Assembly (NCBI GenBank): GCA_964584035.1
Contig: CAZOYL010000003.1
Span: 1-51,166 of the forward strand
Length of the DNA: 51,166 bases
Origin: an uncultured Gemmatimonadota bacterium
GTDB lineage: Bacteria; SM23-81
Reading direction: 5' to 3'
Under the pieces are notes generated by a model that was not told where the DNA came from, did not search any database, and saw nothing but the letters and a program-made list of their open reading frames with translations. Positions 39,077-47,482 of the stretch are shown in pieces (the stretch's first letter is position 1; every line of letters starts with the position of its first letter). The position numbers and the translations under genes are program-made.

Positions 39077-40582
39077 TCACGATCGATGGGGTCTTCTTCT
39101 CAGAGCGGCTGCCGCCAGCATCAATCCGGCGATCACACAGCAGAGCGGGCCGGCCCATTCTCCGTGCCGCTGATAGAAGGTCGACTCTGACCACAGGGGC
39201 AGTTCCGCCAGAACCGCTTCTTCTTTGAAGATAGGAGTCTGATGGCTTGACCGGCCGAAAGGATCGATGATCATGGAAACACCGGTATTGGCACAGCGGG
39301 CGATACTCACCCGGTTCTCGATCGCCCGGAAGATGGCGATCCCGGCGTGTTGAAAGGGCGCCGGCGTTCGGCCAAACCAGCCGTCATTGGTGATGACGAC
39401 TAAAAAATCAGCGCCTCGCTCCTGAAATCCTCTGGCCAGTTGCGGAAAGATAGACTCAAAGCAGATCAGCACACCAAAATCCGCTTTGGGATGCTGAAAA
39501 ATGGTCCAATCCTGTCCGGGAGTAAAATCGGCCTCGCCCATGTTGATCTTCCGAAGGAGAGGAATTTTTTCATCGTAGGGTATCTTCTCGCTGAATGGAA
39601 CCAGCTGCATCTTGGAATAACGCTGTATTTCCCGACATTCGGGTGTAATAAAGAAGGCCGAGTTGAAATACTGATACTCATCTCTTTCTTCAATATAGGA
39701 ATAATCGGGCGATCCGGTCAACAGGTACAGGCCGGTCTCATCGACGAGATCCCTCACTTTGATGAAATGCTTTCTTTGCCGGACCAGATAACAGGGGGTG
39801 GCCGTTTCCGGCCAGATGACGAGGTCGGGGTGATACGGTGCCACCTGACGTGTCATCCGAAGCAGCACATCAAAATTATGATCGATGAATCTGGAGTCCC
39901 ACTTAAGATCGGGATCCATATTCGGCTGAATCAGGGCCACTTTTAGATCGCCGGTCAGTTCTTCCGCCGGGATGATGCTTTTCCCATGAATATAAGGAAT
40001 CAAGATCATCGGTACGATCAAGAGAAGAAGGAACCATCTGCGCGGCAGACTCCGGAGAGACCAGAAGATCAGCACATTGATCGATACCAGCCAGAAAGAG
40101 ATACCGTAAGGTCCTGCCAGGCTGGCCCATTGAATCAGGGGAAGATATTCGGTCTGTGAATAGCATAGAGATGTCCATGGAAAACCCAACTGACCCAGAG
40201 AACGGATATACTCCTGCGCCGTCCAGAAAAAAGGAAAAGCCCAGATGGCCGAAGGACCCAGGCGCCGGACCGCAAATCCGTAGATCGCCGTGAAGATGCC
40301 CAGAAAAAATGATAACAACCCGATAGTGGCCAGAGAGCCCGGTAGAGTCGCCCAGGCCACCCAGAAGAAGGTGCCGGAGTATAGGACCAGCCCCATGATC
40401 AATCCCAGGCCCAAAAAGGGTTCCGATCTATTATCCACCAGGGCGAACAAAAGGGGCACCAGGCAGACGAAACCCAGAAACCCCAGATGATAGATCGGAA
40501 ATGACAGGGCCATGAGCAGGCCGGCAAACGCACAGAGACCCAGGGTGCGTTTGCGGAGAAACTTGAAGCTCCTAAGCGCCAT
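39077..40582 (-). CDS. lnt: Apolipoprotein N-acyltransferase
   Basis: N-terminal polytopic membrane domain plus a CN-hydrolase domain (…VIWPETA…, …LICFESIFP…). Confidence 0.85.
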   Translation of the reverse strand: MALRSFKFLRKRTLGLCAFAGLLMALSFPIYHLGFLGFVCLVPLLFALVDNRSEPFLGLGLIMGLVLYSGTFFWVAWATLPGSLATIGLLSFFLGIFTAIYGFAVRRLGPSAIWAFPFFWTAQEYIRSLGQLGFPWTSLCYSQTEYLPLIQWASLAGPYGISFWLVSINVLIFWSLRSLPRRWFLLLLIVPMILIPYIHGKSIIPAEELTGDLKVALIQPNMDPDLKWDSRFIDHNFDVLLRMTRQVAPYHPDLVIWPETATPCYLVRQRKHFIKVRDLVDETGLYLLTGSPDYSYIEERDEYQYFNSAFFITPECREIQRYSKMQLVPFSEKIPYDEKIPLLRKINMGEADFTPGQDWTIFQHPKADFGVLICFESIFPQLARGFQERGADFLVVITNDGWFGRTPAPFQHAGIAIFRAIENRVSIARCANTGVSMIIDPFGRSSHQTPIFKEEAVLAELPLWSESTFYQRHGEWAGPLCCVIAGLMLAAAALRRRPHRS

Positions 40583-41777
40583 ATTTGGTCAGCCTGAGGG
40601 CGTTTGCTAATAGAAGCCCCATGAGGTGCATGGTCGGAAAACGTCCCAGACATCCTCGGGCGCATTCAGACTCTCCGAAGGCCGAGGCCGCATCGGGCCG
40701 GCTATATCGAGAGTACAGGAGCAGTGGGACGGCATGCCAGCTATGGGAATGAAGGACGGCCGGGGTGGAATGATCCCCGGTGACAGCCAGGACATCCGGC
40801 TGCAGAGAGGTTAATCTGGGCAACAGCCGGTCGGTCTCCTCAATGACCGAGACCTTGCGGGCGAAATCTCCATCCTCTCCGGAACTGTCAGTCTGTTTCA
40901 CGTGCACGAAAAAGTAGTCATAGTCGTGGTAATGCCGTTCCAGTATATCGAATTCCTCGGCCAGAGATCCGGGTGCGCCGAGGGCATCCATGCCGGCCAG
41001 TCGAGCGACCCCCTTGTACATGGGATAGGCGGCGATGGCGGCTGCTGTGATCCCGTAGAGTTCCTGGAAAGACGGTAAAGGTTCGTAACGATCGAATCCG
41101 CGCGTCAGGATCATGTTGGCAGGGTGTTCCCCGGCCAGTCGTTCTTTGGCCAGATCCAGAAATTTCCTGACGATCTTGGCTGTCGGTTCAGCTGCGGGAC
41201 TCAACGCTACGACATCTTTAGGTGGTACACCCAACTGTTGCGGATCCGTATCGGCCAGCTCGCCGGATAGGTCCGGCCCCCGGAGTACGAGCATGGCCCG
41301 ATGTTCCTTCACAGTTCGCAGAAAGATCTCCACGCCGGGAATTTGGATGTCTTCCAGAAAGTGAATCAGCCGGGTATTTTCCTCATTGGAGATACGTCCG
41401 GCCCGGCGATCGGTCACGCGGCCCCGATCATCGACGGTCGCGAAGTTGATCCGGGCCGCCACATCGCTGGGCTGCAGTTGGAAATCGATGCCCAGAGCAG
41501 CCAGCACTCCGCGTCCCACTCGATATTTCAGAGGATCATAGCCGAACAGAGCCAAATGTGCCGGCCCGCTGCCCGGGGTGACGCCCAGAAGAATCGGATC
41601 TATCAATCCGCAGGAAGATGCTTGCGCGAGCCTATCCAGATGAGGCGTTCTGGCCGTTTCCAGCTCGGTTTTACCGTTCCGCTGCTGCGGGAGCCCGCCT
41701 AAACCATCCATCACCAGGAGAACGATCTTTGTCTCAGCCGGAATGACCAGATCTTTCAACAGGTGTAAAATATCCAC
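40572..41777 (-). CDS. apgM: Cofactor-independent phosphoglycerate mutase, archaeal-type (ApgM family)
   Basis: VLLVMDGLGGLP metalloenzyme N-terminus and GDHSTP motif near the C-terminus. GTG start behind GGGGGAG. The related proposed-homoserine-kinase subfamily cannot be excluded by eye. Confidence 0.7.
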   Translation of the reverse strand: MDILHLLKDLVIPAETKIVLLVMDGLGGLPQQRNGKTELETARTPHLDRLAQASSCGLIDPILLGVTPGSGPAHLALFGYDPLKYRVGRGVLAALGIDFQLQPSDVAARINFATVDDRGRVTDRRAGRISNEENTRLIHFLEDIQIPGVEIFLRTVKEHRAMLVLRGPDLSGELADTDPQQLGVPPKDVVALSPAAEPTAKIVRKFLDLAKERLAGEHPANMILTRGFDRYEPLPSFQELYGITAAAIAAYPMYKGVARLAGMDALGAPGSLAEEFDILERHYHDYDYFFVHVKQTDSSGEDGDFARKVSVIEETDRLLPRLTSLQPDVLAVTGDHSTPAVLHSHSWHAVPLLLYSRYSRPDAASAFGESECARGCLGRFPTMHLMGLLLANALRLTKYGA

Positions 41778-41823
41778 ACGACTCCCCCTAAACCCTTGTA
41801 TTATTTACAGGAAAGTATACCCA

Positions 41824-41852
41824 AAAAAGGGAGTCATGGCAACCAGAAAATA
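41824..41852 (-). promoter_or_regulatory. Candidate sigma-70 promoter TTGCCA-17-TATACT for the apgM-lnt unit
   Basis: The minus strand reads TTGCCAtgactcccttttttgggTATACT, about 45 nt upstream of the apgM GTG and just downstream of a terminator. Confidence 0.55.
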
Positions 41853-41871
41853 TCGCCTGATGAAAAAACCA

Positions 41872-41900
41872 CCCGATATACCGGGTGGTTTATCTCACCG
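41872..41900 (-). terminator. Rho-independent terminator
   Basis: The minus strand reads AACCACCCGgtatatCGGGTGGTT followed by TTTT(TT)CA: a 7-9 bp GC-rich stem and a 6-nt loop. Confidence 0.7.
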
Positions 41901-41952
41901 TTCTGTGGTTTGCGGGGAGGCATCCCAAACCCAGAAGGTAGGCTTTAAAAAA

Positions 41953-42031
41953 GGGGGAGTTTGGTGGAGCCCGAGCGGAGCATTATGGAAGGAGTGCTCC
42001 ACCAAACCGATGGCGTGTCAGATACTCCCCC
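41953..42031 (-). other. Long compound stem-loop immediately 3' of ssb (terminator-like or structured RNA)
   Basis: The outer stem GGGGGAGT/ACTCCCCC encloses an inner 11-bp stem TTTGGTGGAGC/GCTCCACCAAA. A6 flanks one side and T5-6 the other. Confidence 0.45.
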
Positions 42032-42053
42032 TTTTTCAAGGTCTCTCCTCCGT

Positions 42054-42449
42054 CTATCCCTCCTCTTCGACGGTCTCGAGTTCACTCTCTTTGTCGGAAA
42101 TTCCCGATCTATCAAGAAATTGGATTCTGGCCGCTTGAACCTCTACCACATGGTGAGTCTGTCCTTCCTGACTTTCCCAGGAGCGGCTTCGTAAACGTCC
42201 CTCCACCAGGAGGGGACTTCCTTTATGGAGAAACTCGCCGCAGAGGTCGGCCCAGCGACGCCAGGCCACTACGGTTACAAAGGTCTCCTCTTGTTGCCAG
42301 TCTCCGTTGCTGTCTCGATACGGAAGGTTGACGGCTATTCGAGCATTACAGACCGACAGACCGTCCTTAATCTGTTTCACCTCGGGGTCCCGGGTCATTC
42401 GACCGATGAGGATTACATGGTTGAGATGAGGCAGTCTGAGCTTGGCCAT
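42054..42449 (-). CDS. ssb: Single-stranded DNA-binding protein (OB fold) with a short atypical C-terminal tail
   Basis: LNHVILIGRMTRDPEVKQ…FVTVVAWRRWADLCGEFLHKGSPLLVEGRLRSRSWE OB-fold core. Start at ATG 42449 behind AAAGGAGAT. The tail ends …ELETVEEEG with no Gly/Pro-rich linker and no D-D-(I/L)-P-F tip. Confidence 0.85.
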   Translation of the reverse strand: MAKLRLPHLNHVILIGRMTRDPEVKQIKDGLSVCNARIAVNLPYRDSNGDWQQEETFVTVVAWRRWADLCGEFLHKGSPLLVEGRLRSRSWESQEGQTHHVVEVQAARIQFLDRSGISDKESELETVEEEG

Positions 42450-42520
42450 TGGATCTCCTTTCCCGGTTATAGAATAAAAAAGGCTTGTTGTCATTGAACT
42501 CACAATCTATCTCTGAAGGA

Positions 42521-42536
42521 GGCAAGGACCATGCCA
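42521..42536 (-). promoter_or_regulatory. Candidate sigma-54 promoter (-24 TGGCAT / -12 TTGCC) upstream of ssb
   Basis: The minus strand reads TGGCATggtccTTGCC with canonical GG-to-GC spacing. It has the same -24 and -12 hexamers/pentamers as the site at 48550..48566 and lies about 70 nt upstream of the ssb ATG. Confidence 0.5.
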
Positions 42537-42542
42537 GAGCGA

Positions 42543-42577
42543 ATAAAGCCATTCACGGAAACCGTAAATGGCTTTAT
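42543..42577. repeat. 35-bp near-perfect palindrome abutting the ssb sigma-54 promoter
   Basis: atAAAGCCATTcACGGaaaCCGTaAATGGCTTTat: 16-bp arms with one mismatch around a 3-nt centre. Confidence 0.6.
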
Positions 42578-42750
42578 AACAACGTATTATTTCTCTAAAC
42601 CGGGTGTTTCCGAAAACAGCTTTAAAGAAAAATCATCGGATATTATGAGTACTTAATACACAATTATTCGATCGTCCTCCGAAATATAACGCCAGTGCAT
42701 GGTGGCGAGGACGCTATCGTTCCGGATATTTGGGTATTAAATACTCAATA

Positions 42751-44163
42751 TCATCCTCTTTTCTTGCCTTGTCTGACTCGTCTATCGAGTCCATATCGCA
42801 GTATTTTCTTATCCAGACCTTTACGACTTAATCCCAAGGCAGTAGCTGTTCTGCTCTTGTTCCAGTTGTTTGCTTTCAACGCCTCCAAGATGAGATCCCG
42901 CTCAAGCCCAGCCACTTTCGATTTTAGCGGGCTGCTCTCTTCAAGGCTGCTATATCGCTGTATATGATCTGCGTCATGAATCTCTCGGGAAACATACTCG
43001 ATGGTAATATTCGAGCCGCTACCCACGAAGGTGACCATCTTTTTAATCTCATTCTCCAACTGGCGGACATTCCCGGGCCAAGAGTAATTGACCAATAAAC
43101 TCATGACATCTTCCTCAATTCTACCTACCTGTTTGCCGACCTTGCTGCTGTAGGATTGGAGAAAATGATCGGCCAGTAGAGGAATATCTTCATTCCTCTC
43201 CCGCAGTGGGGGCAGTTTTATATGGATGACGTTCAATCTATAGTACAGATCATCGCGGAAACGCCCCCTCTTGACCTCCTCCTTCAGATCTTTATTGGTC
43301 GCCGAGATGACTCTCACATCTACCTTGCGATATCGAATCTCACCGACCCGTTTAATCTCTCCCTCCTGAAGAACTCTCAGCAACTTGGCCTGGGTGCTGG
43401 CATTGATATTACAGATCTCATCGAGAAAAATCGTTCCGCCATTTGCCGCCTCGAACAAACCGGTTTTGTCGCGGGTGGCACCCGTGAAAGCGCCCTTCTG
43501 ATGTCCGAAGAGCTCACTTTCAATGAGATTTTCAGGAAGCGCGCCGCAATCGACGGCAACAAATTTCTGGTCCTTTTTCCATCCATTGAAGTGAATCGCT
43601 CTGGCCACCAGCTCCTTCCCAGTTCCACTTTCCCCCTCCAGAAGCACTGGAGCCGGGCTTGCCAGTACATCTTTAATTATGCGGTAGACTTCCTGCATTT
43701 TATCACTTCTACCGATAATCTTATCGAAGCAGTATTGATTTTCAACCTGTCTTTGCAAATAAACATTTTTCTGCTGCAGGAGTTTTCTTTCAAGGGCACG
43801 ATTGACAGCAATCAGTATTTCATCGATGCTGATGGGTTTGACAAGATAATCATAAGCCCCTTCACGAATGGCTTCGATAGCCGTCTCCAAAGATTCATAG
43901 GCGGTCATCATGATCACGGCGATATCCTTATTCACCTCTTTGATCTGCCGCAGCACCTCAATGCCGTTCTTACCTGGAAGACGTATATCAAGCATGATGA
44001 CATGGTAATATTCCGGATCCTTGGCGACTCTATCAACGGCCTTTAGACCATCAGCCAGGAGATCAACCTGAAAACCTTGTTCACTGAGAACTTTCTTCAG
44101 AAGTTGACGCATATTGACTTCATCATCAACAACCAAAAGATGTCTGTCGCCTTCCTCAGTCAT
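42751..44163 (-). CDS. Sigma-54-dependent response regulator (NtrC family: REC + AAA+ + Fis-type HTH)
   Basis: REC domain (LLVVDDE…MLDIRLPG), GESGTGKE Walker [22 protein letters not shown] Walker [11 protein letters not shown], and C-terminal HTH …[26 protein letters not shown] 44163 overlaps the kinase stop by 8 nt. Confidence 0.9.
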   Translation of the reverse strand: MTEEGDRHLLVVDDEVNMRQLLKKVLSEQGFQVDLLADGLKAVDRVAKDPEYYHVIMLDIRLPGKNGIEVLRQIKEVNKDIAVIMMTAYESLETAIEAIREGAYDYLVKPISIDEILIAVNRALERKLLQQKNVYLQRQVENQYCFDKIIGRSDKMQEVYRIIKDVLASPAPVLLEGESGTGKELVARAIHFNGWKKDQKFVAVDCGALPENLIESELFGHQKGAFTGATRDKTGLFEAANGGTIFLDEICNINASTQAKLLRVLQEGEIKRVGEIRYRKVDVRVISATNKDLKEEVKRGRFRDDLYYRLNVIHIKLPPLRERNEDIPLLADHFLQSYSSKVGKQVGRIEEDVMSLLVNYSWPGNVRQLENEIKKMVTFVGSGSNITIEYVSREIHDADHIQRYSSLEESSPLKSKVAGLERDLILEALKANNWNKSRTATALGLSRKGLDKKILRYGLDRRVRQGKKRG

Positions 44164-45637
44164 CACTGGCAGCCACTCCTTTCCTGCTTTCGACAAAGGG
44201 GAGCAAGACCGTTATTGTCGTCCCATTGCCGATCTGGCTTTCGACTTCAATCCGGCCGCCATGCTCCTCGATAATCCGATGGCTTATGTAAAGACCCAAC
44301 CCTCTTCCACCACTTTCAGCCCTGGTCGTAAAAAAGGGCATGAATAATTGTTGGAGATGTTCCCTGGAAATACCACAACCGGTATCATCAAATCGCACGG
44401 CGATATATCGTTTCCCGCTTTCCCCAACCCATATGCGGGATAGGAAATTTCGATCTCTTCCGGAAGGGTCCCGAATCATCAAGGTCGATATCTTAAGGTG
44501 TCCTCCTTGAGGCATTGCTTGAAAAGCATTCAAAATGATATTCACGAAAACTTGTTCTAACTGTTTCAGATCTCCCATAATTTTTTGATCTTCATTATTT
44601 TCCTCGAGGACAACGTCCACATTTTTCGATCTGCTTTCATATTTAAGCAATGATATAGCATTCTTAATAATTTTTTGAAGATAGAGAATTTCAATCTGCG
44701 CTCTCGGTTTGGAAAAATCTAGGTATTCTCTGATGGTCGATTTGCATCGTCCTGCCTCTTTGTTGATGATCTCAACACCTTCCCGCATGGGATCATCTTT
44801 GGGGACCTTTCTCAACAGATAATCGCTGTAGCCCAAGATGACGCTCATAGGATTATCGATCTCGTGAGAAATACCTGCGGCCATCTGACCCACCGCAGCA
44901 AGTCTTTCAGAGCGTATCAACTGGTCCTGCATCTTTTTAAGATCCATATACTGGCCGTAGGCTTTTCTGATAAGCAAAACCGGGAGGAGAAGGAGAAGAA
45001 TGGCCCATTTACCCAAGGCAAAATTAACCATCACCATCAGATAACCGATGGCCGACAGGACCACCAGATAAGGAATGGTCCAGGAATGATTCTTCAACCA
45101 AATTGCTTTTGGAGAAATACCTTCGCTGAGGCCAATGGCAATACTAAGAAGACCGCTGTTTAAAAGAAAATAGACCGCAACCGTGAGGATAAAAACGAGG
45201 ATAAATTGGGGAGCTTCTATGAAATTGATCGTATCGGCCAGGCTGTGAAAAATCCACGAGGATACGCCCATGGTCAGCATGAATAGGGCGATATTGAAAA
45301 GAATTTTATACAGCGGAGCGCGACGGAGCACTAGCGATGAAGACAATGCACCAAGCACTCCGTATAACATAGCAATTGAAGGGCCAAAGAGCATTAATAT
45401 TGGAATGTCAACAGCCGTACCTATGGATAGGCAACCACGTAATGGTAATTGTATAACGAAAGCTTCAGAGATAATTACAGCAACTGCCCAAAAAATAATT
45501 TCTTTTGCATTAATACAGAGATATGTCGGTATGTTGAAAGAAAAGAAAAAGAAACCCGAAAATATAGCAGTCAATAGCCATATAAGAAATAGAAATGCTC
45601 GGCATTCTTTTGATAGATTTCCAAATTGCATTGGCAT
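44156..45637 (-). CDS. Sensor histidine kinase with polytopic N-terminal membrane domain
   Basis: About 230 aa of TM helices, then the HisKA H-box AAGISHEIDNPM and an HATPase_c domain (…NAFQAM…, DTGCGI, GGRGLGL). Confidence 0.88.
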   Translation of the reverse strand: MPMQFGNLSKECRAFLFLIWLLTAIFSGFFFFSFNIPTYLCINAKEIIFWAVAVIISEAFVIQLPLRGCLSIGTAVDIPILMLFGPSIAMLYGVLGALSSSLVLRRAPLYKILFNIALFMLTMGVSSWIFHSLADTINFIEAPQFILVFILTVAVYFLLNSGLLSIAIGLSEGISPKAIWLKNHSWTIPYLVVLSAIGYLMVMVNFALGKWAILLLLLPVLLIRKAYGQYMDLKKMQDQLIRSERLAAVGQMAAGISHEIDNPMSVILGYSDYLLRKVPKDDPMREGVEIINKEAGRCKSTIREYLDFSKPRAQIEILYLQKIIKNAISLLKYESRSKNVDVVLEENNEDQKIMGDLKQLEQVFVNIILNAFQAMPQGGHLKISTLMIRDPSGRDRNFLSRIWVGESGKRYIAVRFDDTGCGISREHLQQLFMPFFTTRAESGGRGLGLYISHRIIEEHGGRIEVESQIGNGTTITVLLPFVESRKGVAASDD

Positions 45638-45667
45638 TTCTTAATTATAGATTAGTACTGAGTCGAA

Positions 45668-46990
45668 TCATGCCTTATTATTAACTTTATGCTCTTCGAC
45701 TGATACTTCACCATTATTAATTAATTCAATGAATACTTTAACTATTTCTGGATCAAATTGTTTTCCTAATCCCTTATGCAATTCTTGGATAGCTACTTCA
45801 ATAGGTAACGCAGGCCTATATGGTCTATCCGAAGTCATTGCATCAAATGCATCAACTACTCCAAGTATTCTCGCTCCGACAGGAATCTCCTCTCCCTTAA
45901 TTCCATCGGGATAACCCAAACCATCATACCTCTCATGGTGATGACTGACATATCCTTCTGCTTTCTTCAGAAATTTTAATTTTCCGGCGATTTCGGCACC
46001 CATGTTGGGATGCTTTTGCATCTCGCGATATTCGCGATCGTTCAATCGACTTCTTTTCCGCAGAATGCTTCTATCAATACCTATTTTCCCGATATCGTGG
46101 AGGCGGCCCGCAAACTCAATCGATTCGATTTCCCGCTCACTCAATCCCATGGCTCGTGCGACCTTTTTTGCATATTCCGTCACCCTGTCCGAATGACCGC
46201 GCGTGTAGGGATCGCTGGCATCCAGGGCAGAAGCCAGGGCGGCTATGGAATCGAAATAGGCATCACGTAATTCCATGTACAACTTATATACATATCTTGC
46301 TAAAGCCAAAGGTGCAAAAATTGAAAATATCGCTAACCAACCATATCTGGTAAACAAAAGAGCTACAACTAAACCAAGAGGTGCTAAAATTAAATCATGG
46401 CTTACAGTCCATTTGAAATCGACATACCACACTCTAAGCGGTGAAATTTTCTCAGTCAATCCAATTATTGAACAAGTTAATGCATTGTTAACGAAAAAAT
46501 AAGTTGGGACACACGCTATGAACGGTAATATTATTTTAATATATGGAATATTTGCTGGTGAAATAGTCCTTAGAATAACGCCACCTAATAGTACATATAC
46601 AACAGCTGCAGAGCCGGCAGTAATAACATATTGACTAGAATTAAAAAGCAATTTGTAAAATGGTACTCTTCTAGCCAACCCTGAACTTACTAGCGCTTCT
46701 AAAAGACCAAACCATATTGCTAATTGAGGGCCATATAGAATAATAATAGCAAAGTCTAATGCTGCAGTTACAGTGACAAAAGCTCCTCCCCTTGGGGTAT
46801 TAATTACAAATTTCTCTGCAGCGACAACTAAGACAGCCCAAAGAAATATCTCCCACCATTTTCCTGGCCATTGCTTCTCTATCAATGGCTCAGAAAGATA
46901 AAAAAGCATAACAATTGCAACTGCTGAAACAACAGTTATAAATATCCACGAAGATATTGGTAGTGGTGATTTACGAAAAGATAATATCAT
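45668..46990 (-). CDS. HD-GYP domain c-di-GMP phosphodiesterase with polytopic N-terminal membrane domain
   Basis: HD-GYP motifs RGHSDRV, LHDIGK, HHERYDGLGYPDG and DAFDAMTSDRPYR. The N-terminal roughly 230 aa are membrane-embedded and homologous to the kinase N-terminus. Confidence 0.88.
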   Translation of the reverse strand: MILSFRKSPLPISSWIFITVVSAVAIVMLFYLSEPLIEKQWPGKWWEIFLWAVLVVAAEKFVINTPRGGAFVTVTAALDFAIIILYGPQLAIWFGLLEALVSSGLARRVPFYKLLFNSSQYVITAGSAAVVYVLLGGVILRTISPANIPYIKIILPFIACVPTYFFVNNALTCSIIGLTEKISPLRVWYVDFKWTVSHDLILAPLGLVVALLFTRYGWLAIFSIFAPLALARYVYKLYMELRDAYFDSIAALASALDASDPYTRGHSDRVTEYAKKVARAMGLSEREIESIEFAGRLHDIGKIGIDRSILRKRSRLNDREYREMQKHPNMGAEIAGKLKFLKKAEGYVSHHHERYDGLGYPDGIKGEEIPVGARILGVVDAFDAMTSDRPYRPALPIEVAIQELHKGLGKQFDPEIVKVFIELINNGEVSVEEHKVNNKA

Positions 46991-47061
46991 CTTTCTTTCG
47001 ATTCTGTATATTTAAGTATAAATGGATGTTATAAAAAAGACCGACATCTTTTACCATTTCA

Positions 47062-47130
47062 TTACCAGCCGCCCTTGGCAGCCAGACTCTCAACAACAGT
47101 CGCCAAGAAGACAATGATCGAAAACAACAT
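47062..47130 (-). CDS. Candidate 22-aa hydrophobic small protein
   Basis: Too short for the ORF track. ATG 47130 is preceded by GAAGGGGGG 9 nt upstream. Translation is MLFSIIVFLATVVESLAAKGGW*. It lies 71 nt upstream of the HD-GYP start. Confidence 0.35.
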   Translation of the reverse strand: MLFSIIVFLATVVESLAAKGGW

Positions 47131-47350
47131 CAGTACCAACCCCCCTTCTTTGTAAGCTTTGATTTGGTACAAGTCAAAGCTCGCTCCGCTCGGGTTGATA
47201 CCGCTTCGCTTCGGTAAAAGCAGATGCCGGTCTTTTTATGTCATATTTTCTTTTCTTGACTTGGAGACCGCGCCGACTGATCTTTCGCCAAGATCAGTTT
47301 TCCAATCAGGTCGGTCTCTCCTGAGTCAATAACCCTCCTCTGGAATCGGA

Positions 47351-47379
47351 AAAATAGGCCGTTAAGCCCTTTTTGTCAA
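47351..47379 (-). promoter_or_regulatory. Candidate sigma-70 promoter TTGACA-17-TATTTT for the small ORF / HD-GYP / kinase / regulator unit
   Basis: The minus strand reads TTGACAaaaagggcttaacggccTATTTT, followed by a roughly 210-nt hairpin-rich leader. Confidence 0.45.
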
Positions 47380-47482
47380 CACTTTTCTCAAATAACAGCT
47401 ATAACATTTTTAATAACAGTTTGTTAAGAGAGGCAAAATGTTGGCATTTTTGCCATGTCTCAGACACAATTTTGACTTTGGA

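Noticed and set aside
41969-41981. The 12-mer cccgagcggagc is shared between the ssb 3' hairpin and the minus strand at 47184..47195.
   Set aside because: Isolated 12-mer matches are expected by chance in about 100 kb of two-strand sequence, and the flanking sequence does not align.
41743-42138. A 131-aa plus-strand ORF (MATRKYRLMKKPP…) in the apgM-ssb gap, with GGGAG just upstream.
   Set aside because: The RBS-ATG spacing is only 2 nt. The ORF runs through two terminator hairpins and then antisense into ssb. The translation is low-complexity with no motifs.
47131-47345. A possible c-di-GMP riboswitch in the leader of the HD-GYP operon.
   Set aside because: It is attractive functionally, but I could not recognise the conserved GEMM-I/II sequence features by eye. 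It is kept only as a generic structured leader, pending a covariance-model search.
47442-47455. TGGCAttttTGCCA, which at first looked like a sigma-54 -24/-12 element downstream of the degenerate AAA+ gene.
   Set aside because: The GG-to-GC distance is 9 nt, not 12, on either strand. It is a 5-bp palindrome or weak hairpin, possibly part of a weak terminator (GGCAAAA…TTTTGCC), not a sigma-54 promoter.
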